Assembly: GCA_030141605.1 (NCBI GenBank)
Contig: JAQGDQ010000397.1
Coordinates: 149,513-213,512 of the forward strand
Source of the DNA: Tubiluchus corallicola
Taxonomy: Eukaryota; Animalia; Priapulida
Direction of reading: 5' to 3'
Length of the DNA: 64,000 nt
A program made the translations under genes and the position numbers. This document shows, in pieces, positions 37,950-51,119 of the stretch. Within the stretch, counting starts at the first letter, position 1. Each line of letters starts with the position of its first letter. The notes under the pieces are model-generated. The model did not search any database and was not told the DNA's origin. It saw only the letters and a list, made by a program, of their open reading frames with translations.

Positions 37950-40900
37950 TTATTGAAATTGTTCCGATTCCTCATCTTCCGGTATACCTGGGCGAGGCGT
38001 CTGTTCTTCTTTTTCAGACTGTCCTTTGCCAAGGTCGTCTGATATCTTACTCCCCGGAAGACTCTCTTCGTTCTCCTTATCTACCTCCAAGAACAGAGCG
38101 TCGAAGGGATCCCATGCCAGACTTTCGGCATGCTCTGTAGCTTTTTCACTACCTTCTTTCCCTTGACTTAACGTTGCCCCTGGCAACGAAGTAAACATAG
38201 GAGCTGACCCTTCCTGGCCCCTCCAACTAAGATCTTCTCCTTCTTGGGAGATTGTGGGTTCAGATACACGGGCAGCTCTACGCAGAGGTCTGCCTGCTCT
38301 ATTTATTTCTCGAGCTCCTGGTTTAGTGGACCAGGCAGCTGTGGGAGGTACTAGGCGTAAGTGGGTCACATGACACGTCCTTACTCGACCCGTGTCCATG
38401 TTTTTAATCTTGTATCTTGTACTTAATCTAGCTAAAACAACATCTTAGCTAGACAAAGCTTGATGCATCATCTGAAGATAGTTTTCGAAGTAGTCCTCTC
38501 CCACGTTTTTTTCTGGTTCTGCCAAATAGTACGGGGAATAACCCGACGAGTATGGGGTTATCGTTATAAGTCGTATCCCATAGTGTTTGGTCAGTCTCTT
38601 GGTCATATCATTGACATATGACCTGTCGTTATCCGTTAATATTTTGATTGGAGCACCGTACCTACAAATGACTTCATTCACAATTTTTTCAGTGACGGTC
38701 TCTGCCTTTTTGTCGGTAATGCCGATGGCATCCACCCATTTGGTAGCCAAATCTGTGAACGATATAATATACTTGTTCCCTTGCTCGGTAGTAGGCAGAG
38801 GGCCTACTATATCAGTAGCCACCGTCTGGCATGATAGGTATCGGTGCCTCCTGCATCGGGAACTGCACAACGTTCCTACTCTTTTTATTACATACTACAC
38901 AGCTCTCAATGAAATTTTTTACAATCTTGCCGGATGGAGGACCACCAAAATCTTATTAAAACTTTGTTGACCGTTTTGGCCAATGCAAAATGTCCACCGG
39001 CATATGAACTGTGTACTTCTCTAATGACTTCTTCGACCAACACTTTGGGGAACGACTATTAAATAGTAACTTCCTTCGTTCTTCCCATACTACTTGTTGA
39101 CACGACATAATAATCCGTCAGCATTAATCGCATACTCCTCCATTAATCTATATGACTCTTGCGATTGTTGAGGACTCGTGATGACATGTATCAAATAAGA
39201 TAGCGTTGCATCTTGGCTTTGCAACAGGGCAAACCGTTTCTTGTTAATCAACGCCTCTTTAATCTTACTATCAGTGGTCAATTCAGTGACCTCTGATTGG
39301 GTTACTTCCGGGTTTGTCTGTTTGCCTGTCACGGGATTTCTACTGAACTTGTTTCATTTCAGCAATGCATCTTCGCGCAACTGAACTGCTTTCTTTGGGA
39401 ATAATATCCCAGACGAGTTGGCAGACTGTACCCGCTCTCTGTTATTGCTTTCCCTCAACACTGACCCACTATCCATTTTTCTGCTAACTCGTTGCCCTCT
39501 GGGCTCGCTGAGCTATGAACTTTATGGCTGGATAGCATGTCATTCTCTATGGTGGCTAATTGTTCAATGTCATTTCCACTCTCTAGGTGTCTAATTCTTT
39601 TTTTCGTGTATTGTTTTCTCGCTTGCGGCTCCATCTTACTCATAGGTAATCTACTAAAATGGTCTGCAGGGTTTCTATTTCCGGGCCAATATTCTATCTT
39701 AGCATTTTGTTGCGATAGTAGCAAGGCCCATCTCTCCAACTTAGGGTTTTTCAATTGTTTGCTTTCAAGCAAATATTGCAGACTTTTATGGTCTGCGCGA
39801 ATGACGTATCTGCTATCATATAGATAATGATGTAGCTTCCTGATGCCGTAGACTATCGCGTATAGCTCGCGCTACGAGGCTGTCCAACGTCGTTGTGTGG
39901 GCGTTAACTGGTGGGAGAAAAACTCTACCGGTCTTTCTACTCCCTCAACCTCCTGTGTTAGTACAGCTCCTATGCTAAACAATCTAGCATCGGTATATAA
40001 AATATACGGCCTCTCTGTATCTGGATGGGTGAGCATGACTGGGTTCAGTAACGCGGCTTTCAGTTCTCTAAAAGCTCTTTCTTGGTCATTTCCCCATATA
40101 AACTTGACATTTTTCTTAGTTAGTTTCGTTAAAGGTCGAGCTATCTCAGCAAACCTGGGTATATTAGCTCGATAATAATTGCAGCTTCCTATAAAGCTTC
40201 TCACCCCTCTTTCATTTACTGGGCGGTCCATTGTCTGTACAGTTTTGGCACGTTTGGGGTCGGGTCTCAATCCGTCTTTACTTATAATATATCCTAAAAC
40301 TGGACCTCTGATTTAAAAAAATTGGCACTTAGAAGGTTTCAGTCGTAAGTTAGCCTTACTCAAGCATCTAAACCCCTCCTGCAAATGTTCTGAATGCTCC
40401 TCCCTGGTTTTTGAATAGACCAATATGTCATCCAGGTAGGCTATGCTAAATTTATCCGTTATCCCATCTAATAATTTCTTTATAACTCTCCAAAATACTG
40501 ATGGGCTAGTAAAAAAGACCCATGATACTACGAGCGAACATATACGACCCCCCTTGCATCACAAACGCTGTTTTGGGTTGGTTGTCCTTGTGTACAGGTA
40601 TTTGTAAAAACCCCTGTCTTAAATCTAGACAACCAAAATACTTGGCTCCCTGCAGTATATCAGTGAAATTGGAAAGAGTACGGCTAGGGTAAGCTTTGAA
40701 CTTGACACATTTCTTAATTTTACGATAGCCAATGACTAATCTATAGATCTCCGTCTGCTTTCTTTACTAATAGGCACGGCGATGCCCAAGGGCTATTAGC
40801 TGGCACAATAATTTTAGCTTGCAACAATTCTCTGATAATCTTATCTAACTCCTTTTCTAAGTTGTTAGGAATTCTATACGGTCGAGAGCGAATCGGTTCA

Positions 40901-41940
40901 GCATCACCTGTGTCGATCCTCATCTCGGCCAATCTCGTTTCACCCAGCTCCAAGTCAGTGCTGGCGAACACCCTTTTCCAACAACTTAACAATTTTTCCA
41001 ACTCTGATCACCATAAGGGAGTCCAATGATCTAGCTTGAATTCTGAATCTACTCGTTCCCCTGATATGCTGAATCTATATCATCATACTGAACCTTGAGT
41101 CCACATTCTTGCGGATAATTATCTAATCTCCTACTGTGCGCGCTATCTTTCTGCTGACCATGCGCCCAGCCTCGGGTCATCGCGTTTACTGATAGCTGTA
41201 ACAGCTGGCCTGGGGAACCTGCAACATCCCCTTGTTCTGCGCGTGCCTGTGGTGAAGGTTATTGTTTCTGAACCTTTGTTGACTAGATACTTGACATTCA
41301 TCTCTCGAGCCGCCTTTATTATTCGTCTGATTAGCTAGTGCTATCGCATGTGCGTGCAATACGGTAGTCTCTTGCGCAGTGCCAATCACGCTATTCTTCT
41401 TAATTTGTATGGGCCTGGTTGAGTTATTTCTTATCGGCAGTGAGCTCTTCCGCCCTTCTTCTACTTCAATTAGACCGGCCTCGAACCCAAACGTCCGGGC
41501 GGTTCTCAAAAACGGGCGCGTGTTCGGCTATCTCCACACATAGGAGTTGCCCATTTGGCCTTTCTCTCTTTGTTCAAACACGCATCACTACCTCACTATT
41601 ACTGGAGACCAGAGCATTTTCATTGGCGAGGAGAACATCTAGTTCTTTCTCACTTACCCGATCAGAAGCAAGGATGTGGGCTTTTTTACCAATAATCATT
41701 AGCTTTTTTCCGCAATCCAAAGACGCGTTCATCGCATGCAGTGCATCGATGCCTAGGATGGCATTCTGCTGCATCTGAACGACTTGATATTTAATTTTCA
41801 CTTTGCTATCGCTAAACCTTGTCTCAATTTCTTTTGACCCAATTACAGGCATAACAGTGCCTGAAGCATCTTTCAAAGTTACACGACCAGCATACGTTCC
41901 AGAACTTGTGGGAAAATACATGACTTCGTGCTGCAAATTG
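37950..41940 (-). mobile_element. Decayed Ty3/Gypsy LTR retrotransposon pol (protease, RT, RNase H, integrase)
   Basis: Domain order PR-RT-RH-INT. Protease: ILGIDAL. RT: IDTGDAEPIRSRPYRIP, SPWASPCLLVKK, AYLDDI (about 40425-40445), VRSFIGSCNYYR. RNase H: LYTDA...IGAVLTQ, LERWALLL, NPADHFSRL. Integrase: HSSYAGGHF zinc finger, DIVGPLP, ILTDN. Many frameshifts and stops; no gag or LTR pair recognised. Confidence 0.93.
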
Positions 41941-43335
41941 AAATTTCAAGTGTTTTTGTTCTTACTGCTGGATCAAGTAAAACGTAAGCACACAGTGAAC
42001 GTAAGCATTTCTTTAGGTTAACTTGATTAAACTGTATATAGCCAGGCGAATTTTCTAGCGTTTTCCATACTTCAGCGACCCTGTCACTAGTAAGAAATTA
42101 ATTCTCCATTTGAAGCTGAGATGAAGCGGAGGCATATAGTAGTTGTGAATACATAAATGAAAAAAATTCTGGGATATGATGTCATAACTAAAAAGACAAC
42201 GATGTCAATTAGGTCGTCTGATGCTACATATTATGCATTATCTTGCTATTGCCAATACTTCAGTAAAAATACGGACGCTAAACATCATATTAGAACTTTA
42301 ATAACATTGAAAAAGTAACCAGCAGAACTTTTGTCTGATACAGTATACTGTGCATTAACATGCTGGTTTCAACACACATATATGTGTCTACACAGACATC
42401 TCATAATTATAAATCAAATTGGAAACCAGTTAACTTTCGCCCGAATTTTTCATCTGAGGTACATGATTTGCATTTATCAATTGTAGTAAAATATTCAAAG
42501 TTTTAGTCTACTGAAAAGAATCAGAAGAAGAAGTCGTTGTTTTCATAATTTAAATAATTAATTATATATTTATATATAAGTGCAAAGGGAGACCCTACAT
42601 TTTGGACGACAACTCTGTTAAAGCAACAGACCCTAGAAACTGGCACATCCAATCTTTGGGACACCTTATCATCACAGTTAAAACCTACTTACCGGATCTA
42701 ACGCTGATTTCTGTAGTTGTTTGGTAACATTGGCATGATAAAAGACCTATCATCTTAAATTATGAAATTACTGAAACATTAGCTTTTCGAAAAGGATAAA
42801 ATATTAGCTTATGCGCTTTAAGTTGCATTTAGTGCCTGATTTTCATTCTTTTTAACTTACACGCTAATCCATTATATTTACCATAAATTCAAACTAAATC
42901 GTATATATATTTATCTGATATCTACGGTGATACATAACAGTTATTGTGATAATTTTTTCAGAACTATGGCTGAGCATTCTAAAACAGAAAAAAATTAAGG
43001 AGCATCTACCAGTACAATTGGCATGGTAGCACAGTGCAGCGATTAAATTGTGATTATTCACGTATCAATTTGCGAGAAATTTGTATTAAGAAAAACCTGT
43101 GGAGATGCCGAGATAACACTAAATACATGCCAAATTTTAAGTTTCTGTCATTAAAACCGCTAAACAGTGCACCACATTCTGAATGGGCAGTTTACATTCC
43201 TATGACTTTGTGTCAAACTTGAAAAGATGTTTATTGGTTAATAGTCTTCATATGTGCTGTAGTTTTCAGGAAAAACTGTAAAACTGTTGTACATTTTATT
43301 TGTGAATTTAATGAATTAATTTGAAGTGACAAAAT

Positions 43336-44442
43336 ATGATTAAAAAGACAGCAAAATGTATATGGATTTTTTGCCTTGTGTCAGTTTCTATGTGGACATT
43401 TTCAAGTAAAGTGCTATGGAAACCAGTGTTGAATGCTAGAAATGTTGCAAACATTAGTTTCTTTCAAAATGCCAGTGCAAAAATAAATAAAAAAGTTATA
43501 TTATTCTGGAATAAGTACAGTAACAGTACGATATTTCGGGCGGGAGTTGAAAATCCATTTGACCGTGTGTGTCTAGATCACCAAAGAAACTGTGAAATAA
43601 CCCACGACAAATCTCGATTGAACGAAAGTGCTGCAGTGGTTGTTCATATGAGGATAGGAAAAGCGTTTGCAACAGATCCTTTTCCTAGTTCAAGGCCGTC
43701 ATGGCAACGATGGGTTTTCTTTGTTGTAGAAAGTCCCATCAGAATGAGAATTGCTACACGAGGAAAAAATCCAGATTTGACACATTTAAACAACATATTT
43801 AACTGGACAATGACATATCGTCAAGACTCAGATATTCCGCATTTGTATGGCAGAGTTGTTAGAAAAAAGCAAACGATTGTGAACATACCAAAAGGAAAAA
43901 CGAAACTTGTTGCATGGTTTGTAAGTAATTGCAACTCAGCCTATACCGGCCGCATGGAATATGTTAAAGAATTAAAGAAGTATGTAAAAGTAGATGTTTA
44001 CGGTAAATGTGGCAATCTAACATGTGTGGAAAGGAGTTCTTGCATGGAAATGTTGAAAACGGACTACAAGTTCTATTTGTCGTTCGAAAATTCTTTCTGC
44101 CGTGACTACATAACTGAAAAAGTGTACAATATGTTGATGTATGACGTGGTACCAGTTGTCAGAGGAAGTGCTGACTATACTAAACTAACACCCCCTCATT
44201 CAGTTATCAACACTGCTGACTTTACATCTCCAAAACAACTTGCCAAATATTTACTGTACTTAGACAAAAATGATGCTCAATATTCAAAATATTTTTATTG
44301 GAAGCAAAATTATGGCATCATTCGAAATCCTGAAGAAAGTTTTTGCCTTTTGTGTGAAAAACTGAATGACCCTTATCAGCCACAAAAAGTTTATGATATA
44401 CATGATTGGTGGGTGGTGCAGGGAAATTGTATGCAGAGATAA
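43336..44442 (+). CDS. Alpha-1,3-fucosyltransferase (glycosyltransferase family 10), intronless, type II membrane protein (FucT copy 2)
   Basis: 368-aa ORF with signal anchor (CIWIFCLVSVSMWTF), VILFWN, QRWVFFVVESP, FNWTMTYRQDSDI, VAWFVSNC, VDVYGKCG, YKFYLSFENSFCRDYITEK, VVPVVRG and FCLLCEKL. Confidence 0.96.
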   Translation: MIKKTAKCIWIFCLVSVSMWTFSSKVLWKPVLNARNVANISFFQNASAKINKKVILFWNKYSNSTIFRAGVENPFDRVCLDHQRNCEITHDKSRLNESAAVVVHMRIGKAFATDPFPSSRPSWQRWVFFVVESPIRMRIATRGKNPDLTHLNNIFNWTMTYRQDSDIPHLYGRVVRKKQTIVNIPKGKTKLVAWFVSNCNSAYTGRMEYVKELKKYVKVDVYGKCGNLTCVERSSCMEMLKTDYKFYLSFENSFCRDYITEKVYNMLMYDVVPVVRGSADYTKLTPPHSVINTADFTSPKQLAKYLLYLDKNDAQYSKYFYWKQNYGIIRNPEESFCLLCEKLNDPYQPQKVYDIHDWWVVQGNCMQR

Positions 44443-45852
44443 ATGCTGCGTTGTTCTGATTAAACGGTTGCTGATATTCGCGAAAAATACGTGTTCGGTT
44501 ACTATCGCTTATTGGTTTTAAAGACATTAGTTGCAGCCTGTTATCAAGAGGAATTGTGATCTGCTATCGAATTGGTATCAGTATCGGTTACAAATTACTT
44601 TAAAAAACCCTTTCTTTTAGAGGATCATCCATGTTGCACCTGTTAATTTGCTATAATTTGGCAAAATTATTGGCAAATCAATAAGTGAAATATTATCATA
44701 AATTACAACACTCAAATTATGAAACTGTAATTATGCAACAGTAAATATTGTAACTCCTATATAAATGTGCAGTTTAGTAACTGTAGTTATTAACCTATTT
44801 TTCGGTATATCTGTAGCTGTATAACAGTATTTTCACACGTTCATGTTCTCACATTTTCACACGTTCAGAAATTTTATCTTGGCTACGTACTGCAGAATAA
44901 CTAAAGCCGACAACAACATTAAAACAGCTGATCAATACAAAACTAGCTATAATAGTAGTAAGAGCAAGCATTCAATAACATAACAGGCCTTAGAACTGTG
45001 AGGTAAACATTTGAACAAGTGTTTGAAATTGCTTTCCCAGCTTTCACCACAGAGTTCATGCACTAGTTTCTTACTTAATATTTAGTGGGAAATATCTAAC
45101 TCATTTTATAATTATATTGGTTCATGCAGCAAGGTGGAAGATAGGCCGTACTCTAGATGACCCCGCGTTGGCTTCTTTAGGCGGCGGTCAATAATTCCAA
45201 CTTGCAGCAAGGTAAACCAGGTGAGTGTACGTGCGACCTTGAAGCCTCGCAATGGCGGCCCGTGTCCCAGCTTGGCGAAATAGTTTTATTGCATTCATAG
45301 CCCACTTCTCATGTAGATATTTTTCTGACAGATATATGTTAGTGTCTCTGAGAGGCATTTATGACAAATCTTCAAACGTCTCAGTTGAATTTCATGTAAA
45401 CCACTGATCTTTATTTCTGCAATATTTAAAAATTAAAATAGAAAAGCAAAAGTGACTGACATTGGCTAATTTTATGAAAAGTTACATAGTTTAGTTAGAT
45501 TGACAGATGTTTAGTCCTTTCAAAAATATCAATGAATAAATCAAAGTAAAAATTAATAGAAATAAACTTGCATCATATATCTAATGAAAAATTTCGCTAG
45601 CTTGAGCAAGGCACATGTTCACATATCTACAGAACAGCATAATGAAAACATAACTAGTCAATGCCCACACTTTAAACTTTCCAGCTAGATGAAGCCACCT
45701 TCGCTACAAAATTAATATTTATTAAGGCAGGTTCACACTGGCCTTAATAATGTTATACCAACATTACTTCACAGCATGTACATGCTAATACTCAAAAACT
45801 ATAAGCAAAGCTTGCAACATGATGTCATGTATTTTGTCAAATGATTTGATTT

Positions 45853-47290
45853 GTACAGTAACAGTGTCGTGAATAAATTTATGAATCGATACTTTGGAGA
45901 TAAAATGTATGCCTCCCTGATTTGATGATTTGATAAGATAAATTCATTGATTAATAGAGAAACTCATCCAGCTGGTAAGCACGGATTTAATGAGAAGCAA
46001 ATTATTCCCCAGGTGTGTTTTTTATCGTTTGCTGAGAGTGAACAGGCATCTGTTCAGTGAGGACATAATCGTTCTTTATAGCCTTATGCAGAGTTGCACT
46101 TAATTAACAAAAAAGTCGCAATAGGAAAATTTCTTTGGAAGAGAAATTTTATGGCCGACGCCAAAGCTTGTATCGGTGCTCGAAGACGCCAAGCGAAGAG
46201 GTTCTGAAGAATCGCCGACAATTGGGATCTTTCCCACGAAGCAGAAAAACTCGAAGCTGACCATAAATCGCCCGGCAGGGGATACCAGGGTAATCCAGGG
46301 ATGTCACCTCTCGCCTGATTGCGTTTGGCGCGAATTTCGCACGGCCAAGCTCTTCGGGATATAAGCTCTGAGTTTGGGAACACGAGGCGTTAGTCAGCGG
46401 TCATTGAGAGTCAGGAGCGAGTCAGGAGCCAGACAGAGGGAGAGAGGCGACACGACGTCACAGAGAATCTGACAGGGAGCTGAGACCATATCGTTTGACA
46501 CCAGCATGGACAGTTCTACGACCTCAGCAAATCGACTGGGCACTGGATCAACGAAAGTCTCACAATACCATTGGAGTTGACCAAGTGTACGAGGTGCATT
46601 GTGGTTATTCCACCGAGTTAAGTAATCTTAACGCATTAGTAACTGAGAGTAACTCTGCATAACTGCAGTTCACATTGTATTGTATTAAGCACCTTAAGTG
46701 CAGCATATTGGATAATTGTTAAGTGAATTGCTTGAGTATCTTTCTGGAGCTATACATTAGTTGTAAACGCCCACAAGCGTGTAAGGTCAAATCTTGTGCA
46801 GCTACCTAGATAGAAGTAAATTCTCTAAACGAATAAAGTTCATTCACTTCAAAACGTAACTAATGAGTTCATGTATGCTTTAGAGTGTTCAAAGTTAAGC
46901 AACACTAAATTCGAGATACGATCCTGTAGATTCGCAGTGCATTAATTATTAATTAATTTAATAAAGCTCAATTGCTGGAGCAAGGCTAGATAGCTTGAGG
47001 GAAAAAGACTTTACTCACAACGCGAGGTCGAAGTGTCAGTCTTGAGGGACAAAATTATTGCCCGATAGACTCATCTAAAGCCCTAGGAGCCGGGTGATAA
47101 ATCACCTTGTAGCAATTAATTAAATAAAAAGCGAATCGATTAAATTATTATACAATCTATATAGATAACAAATCACTTAAATACTATACGATCAGAAAAT
47201 AAAAAGTGATAACAGTACGATATTTCGGGCGGGAGTTGAAAATTCATTTGGCCGTGTGTGCCTAGATCACCAAAGAAACTGTGAAATAAC
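45853..47290 (+). pseudogene. About 90-bp fucosyltransferase gene fragment (near-copy of 43515-43600) split by the LTR-like insertion
   Basis: 45853-45864 GTACAGTAACAG plus 47216-47290 TACGATATTTCGGGCGGGAGTTGAAAAT.CATTTG.CCGTGTGTG.CTAGATCACCAAAGAAACTGTGAAATAAC reconstitute FucT2 sequence (YSNSTIFRAGVENxFxRVCLDHQRNCEIT) with about 3 mismatches. Confidence 0.85.
45865..47209 (+). mobile_element. LTR-like non-coding element, copy 1 (putative solo LTR), flanked by the 6-bp duplication TAACAG
   Basis: Starts TGTCGTGAATAAATTTAT and is collinear with 56571-57796 (for example ATCGTTTGACACCAGC, GACTGGGCACTGGATCAA, GGAGTTGACCAAGTGTA, ACTCACAACGC, ACTATACGATCA). TAACAG occurs at 45859-45864 and 47210-47215. 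Confidence 0.8.
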
Positions 47291-48304
47291 TTCACTATTG
47301 ACAACGAGTTACTTGATGAGCCATTATTTCAGATTTCTAGGTTTTTTGGGGGCAGAGGTCGCAGTGTGGGTGACCACCATCGGTGTTGATGGAGGGGGCG
47401 TCATCGAAACTACGAGCTTGTCTTCTTCGTCACCTTTCTCCTCCTCTTGAAATATGTCCATTTGTGTCCCTCTCTCGCATCTGCTTTTACTCGGAGGGGC
47501 GGCAGCATTGCTAGCAGACTTCCATTTTTCCAGCTTGTCCAGTTCCACGCGTACCTGTCTTCTTGTTTCTGCTCCTTTCAACATTCAAATCTGAAAACAC
47601 ATTTTAGTCCTTTCAATCTTAACAAAACATCACGTTGTATGTCTCCCAGGGTGCTATATTATATCAAGCATTAACATCCAGTAGAAATAATAGAACACAC
47701 CTGTGCTTTATTAACAAAACTTGATTCTGCGCACTCTCAGACGGAACTGCTTTTGATCTTCTGTCACTTATTGAGAACAACAGAAAAAGTTGAATGATTA
47801 CGTGAGGAGTTGCTAGCCATGAAAGTTACGCACTACATAAACTTCCAAGTAAGTGGCTCTGTGAAAAGCTCATCTATTGTGTTACCGTTTTTTCTACTAG
47901 AGAGAGAAACAGAGAATATGGCTAAAGCAACTCTCTATCCATATCAAGTTCCTATGAAAACGTCTGCAAATTTAGTATTCATTTTTTTCAAAAATTATAA
48001 GAATGTGGTAACCATATATCTGAAGCATTCGAACATATAGGTCTGATGACAGCATTGAAAATTCTTATTGTTATCTGTGGATTAATATCATAAGAAAATA
48101 AAGTCTGACGTAATAAATTCATACATTTCGTACCTGTATCATTAAGGTATTAATACTATCCCTAAAATAACCCAAATTATCAAACTCTGAAGCTAAATAT
48201 TTATTTTTCTTTACATTCAAAAGTTTCACTTCTTAAAGCAAAAACCCTATTTTTTTAAAATTCTGCCTGTTTTATAAGAAACAAATGCTTGTGTTTTATT
48301 TATA

Positions 48305-48535
48305 TTTACAGTCAATGACCACTGGTTACCATATTCCGCTAGTTTTTTGGGCACTCCTGCAAGCCACTTTCTGACTTTGACAACAGCACAATATCATCTA
48401 CGTACATAAGAACGTTAATGCTAGCGTTACTGATTGCTACAGGATGGCATTTTGCACAAAATATTTCAGGTAAATCATTAACATAAGTAGAAAAGTAACA
48501 TGGCTTAATATACAACCTTGATTTACACCACTAAT
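48305..48535 (-). mobile_element. LINE reverse transcriptase fragment
   Basis: Minus-strand translation: GVNQGCILS...NVLMYVDDIVLLSKSESGLQECPKKLAEYGNQWSLTVN. Confidence 0.75.
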
Positions 48536-48558
48536 TTCGTAATAAATATTTCAGAAAA

Positions 48559-48985
48559 ATGCCCCCTCCCATGGCGAAAAGACAATTTCGAGGGGTTTAC
48601 TCGTCTTCAGAATTACTACAGAGTGTTACAGTGAAGGAGCTACCGGCTAGCTATATTGTCAACATCCAACCCATCAATTTACCGTGTGAACACTGGGTGG
48701 CGCTCTATTTAGACACCTCTGGTCGCGGAGAGTTATTCGATTCCTACGATTGGCGCCCACCTATAGAATTAGGAAATTTTTAAATATAAATTGTAGAGGA
48801 AAATTGACTATCATCACAAAAGCGTTACAATCACCCATCCTTCCTACTTGCAGAGCGTACGTACGTTTTATGGTTTTGCTGCAGACGACCTTATTACGAC
48901 TCTCTACACCAGCTTGTGTGTAATTTCCTGCCATTTTTCCTAGACAGAGAAGTGGTGTTGATGAAGCATTTATTTTCCGTTGACG
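48559..48985 (+). pseudogene. Adenain-like (adenovirus-type C5) cysteine protease of a Polinton/Maverick (adintovirus-like) element, disrupted
   Basis: FRGVYSSSEL...SYIVNIQPINLPCEHWVALY...ELFDSYD carries the catalytic His and Asp motifs (HW, FDS). After a stop, LQSPILPTCRAY corresponds to the Q...CGxY catalytic Cys motif. Confidence 0.82.
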
Positions 48986-49580
48986 ACAGCGGTTACGATG
49001 ATGATGATGATGATCACTACAAACCACACCAACGGTGATAATGTTGATGATGATGATGACGATGACAATGAATTTAATCATGGTGGTGATACCGTGCATG
49101 TGTTTGTATGTATCTCCATGCTGCACTATATCCCACATGTAAGGTCTCACTTGCGCCCCCTGGGGGATGTAAGGTCTCACTTGCTCCCCCAGAGGGATAT
49201 CACCCTTGGGAGGTTTATCTTCCCTTTTAAATTTTAATTTGATAATGCTTATTATTTCTTTTCCGTATTACATCCTTTTTGTTATTGATGATAGCTTGAA
49301 CGACTACTAACACATTGAAGCACATGGTTTGCAAAAAACAAAGTTCTTCAGTCTACAAAAAACACTGTATGCTAGAGTCATCTGTTGATATGAATGCTTT
49401 GCTTCGTCCAGCTATTAATGTCTGCTCTTACATTCAAGCTGAACTCGTAGCTATGTATTTCATCGCAACCTTCATTTTGTAATATTGATTTGTGTGTATA
49501 TACATTTTTTAATGTTAATTTCTTTTTTTCAACTACTACAAAGAATACATTTTAAAACTACTTGCACTGCACTATGCACT

Positions 49581-49611
<31 letters not shown>

Positions 49612-49908
49612 AACCCATCATGTGAAAGAATAAAAATGTTTCTTTTTTGAAAACACTTTATTAGAATTTTGTACATTATTTTTAAAACAACAACAACAAC
49701 AATACCAATTACATATAGTAGCATCAATATCAATTACATAAATGGTCAAATATATACATATTCACATAAATGCTCTTTTACAGTCAATATAAAGAGAAGA
49801 AATAGAAGTTCATGCACTATATTTATGATGTATTTATGGAATCAGTCAGTATTTATATATTCAATAGTGAAATATATATTCAATCACTATTTTCACATTG
49901 ACAATCAG

Positions 49909-49912
<4 letters not shown>

Positions 49913-49960
<48 letters not shown>

Positions 49961-49966
49961 CATATA
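49913..49966. repeat. (TA)n microsatellite
   Basis: Long, nearly perfect TA run. Nearby are (CA)n at about 49580-49600 and (GAACA)n at about 50295-50322. Confidence 0.95.
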
Positions 49967-51119
49967 TTCGATATAGAAAGACACATCAATATTTTCAGAT
50001 TGTCATATAATTGTATGTATCTTCAGATTGTCAATCATTATTAATGTGTATACATATAAATAATGTATTTTAACATTGCCTAAGCAGAAAAATTTAGAGC
50101 ATGTAATACACATCATGGAGGACAAGGACTATTTATCTTTCTCTTACTTTCTCAATAAAACCAAACAGCGACAGGGAATGGGATCATGGAGGACAGGAAG
50201 ATCTGACAGGAAGATCTGTAGGAAGATCTGTAAGATGATTTGAATAGGATTCCGTCAAACAGGTTTTCGTCAAATTCGAATATGATTCTGAAACGGAACA
50301 GAACAGAACAGAACAGAACAGAATGAAAGGAAATGAGTAATGTATATTTGCGAGAAATTGCATCCTTTGGAGAGGATAAAAGATGTCATGGTGTTTTGGC
50401 TTAATAGCAACAAACAGTAGGAAATTGACGAGAAAATGCATCCCTTTCAACGTTAAGTTGTTTAAGGTCATTTTATTTGCATCGCATTTCTTTCAAGGAG
50501 AATGTCGACATGGGAAACTTGTTTAATACTTTAACGGGAGAATGTCGACATAGGAAAGTTGTTTCATACTTTAACAGGAGAATGTTAACACGTTAGACTT
50601 CGCAACATCTCTAGATAATGAATGGAATGGAACGGAGCGGAACGGAACGGAATGGAACAAACGTCAGTGGAAATCAATGAAGAGCAGGCAAAGTATATTT
50701 TTAGGACAGGATTTGATAGAATTTGCGAAAAAATACATCCTATATAACGTCAAGCTACTGATTTACACGCAAATGTGACTAATGTGACAAATTATTTTCG
50801 AGGGAAGGGACTTATAGAATTTTGCGAGAAATTACGTCCTATATATATCGTGATTCCACCTACCAAAATATAATGTGTGGGATAAGGGATTCACACAATG
50901 TAAAATACATTATATACATATTTACAAACAGACTGATTGTAAAAAGAACATACCTATGTTGGACCACCTATCATATTTTATGCCATTATCAATGGTGATG
51001 ATTTCAATCAAGAATATCATCTGTCATCGATGTCGTCATCACCGATATTGACAACACATATGCGTCTCTCTACAAGGTTAGCAGGCCCATAAAAAGGTTG
51101 ATTATCGACGGGAGGAGTG

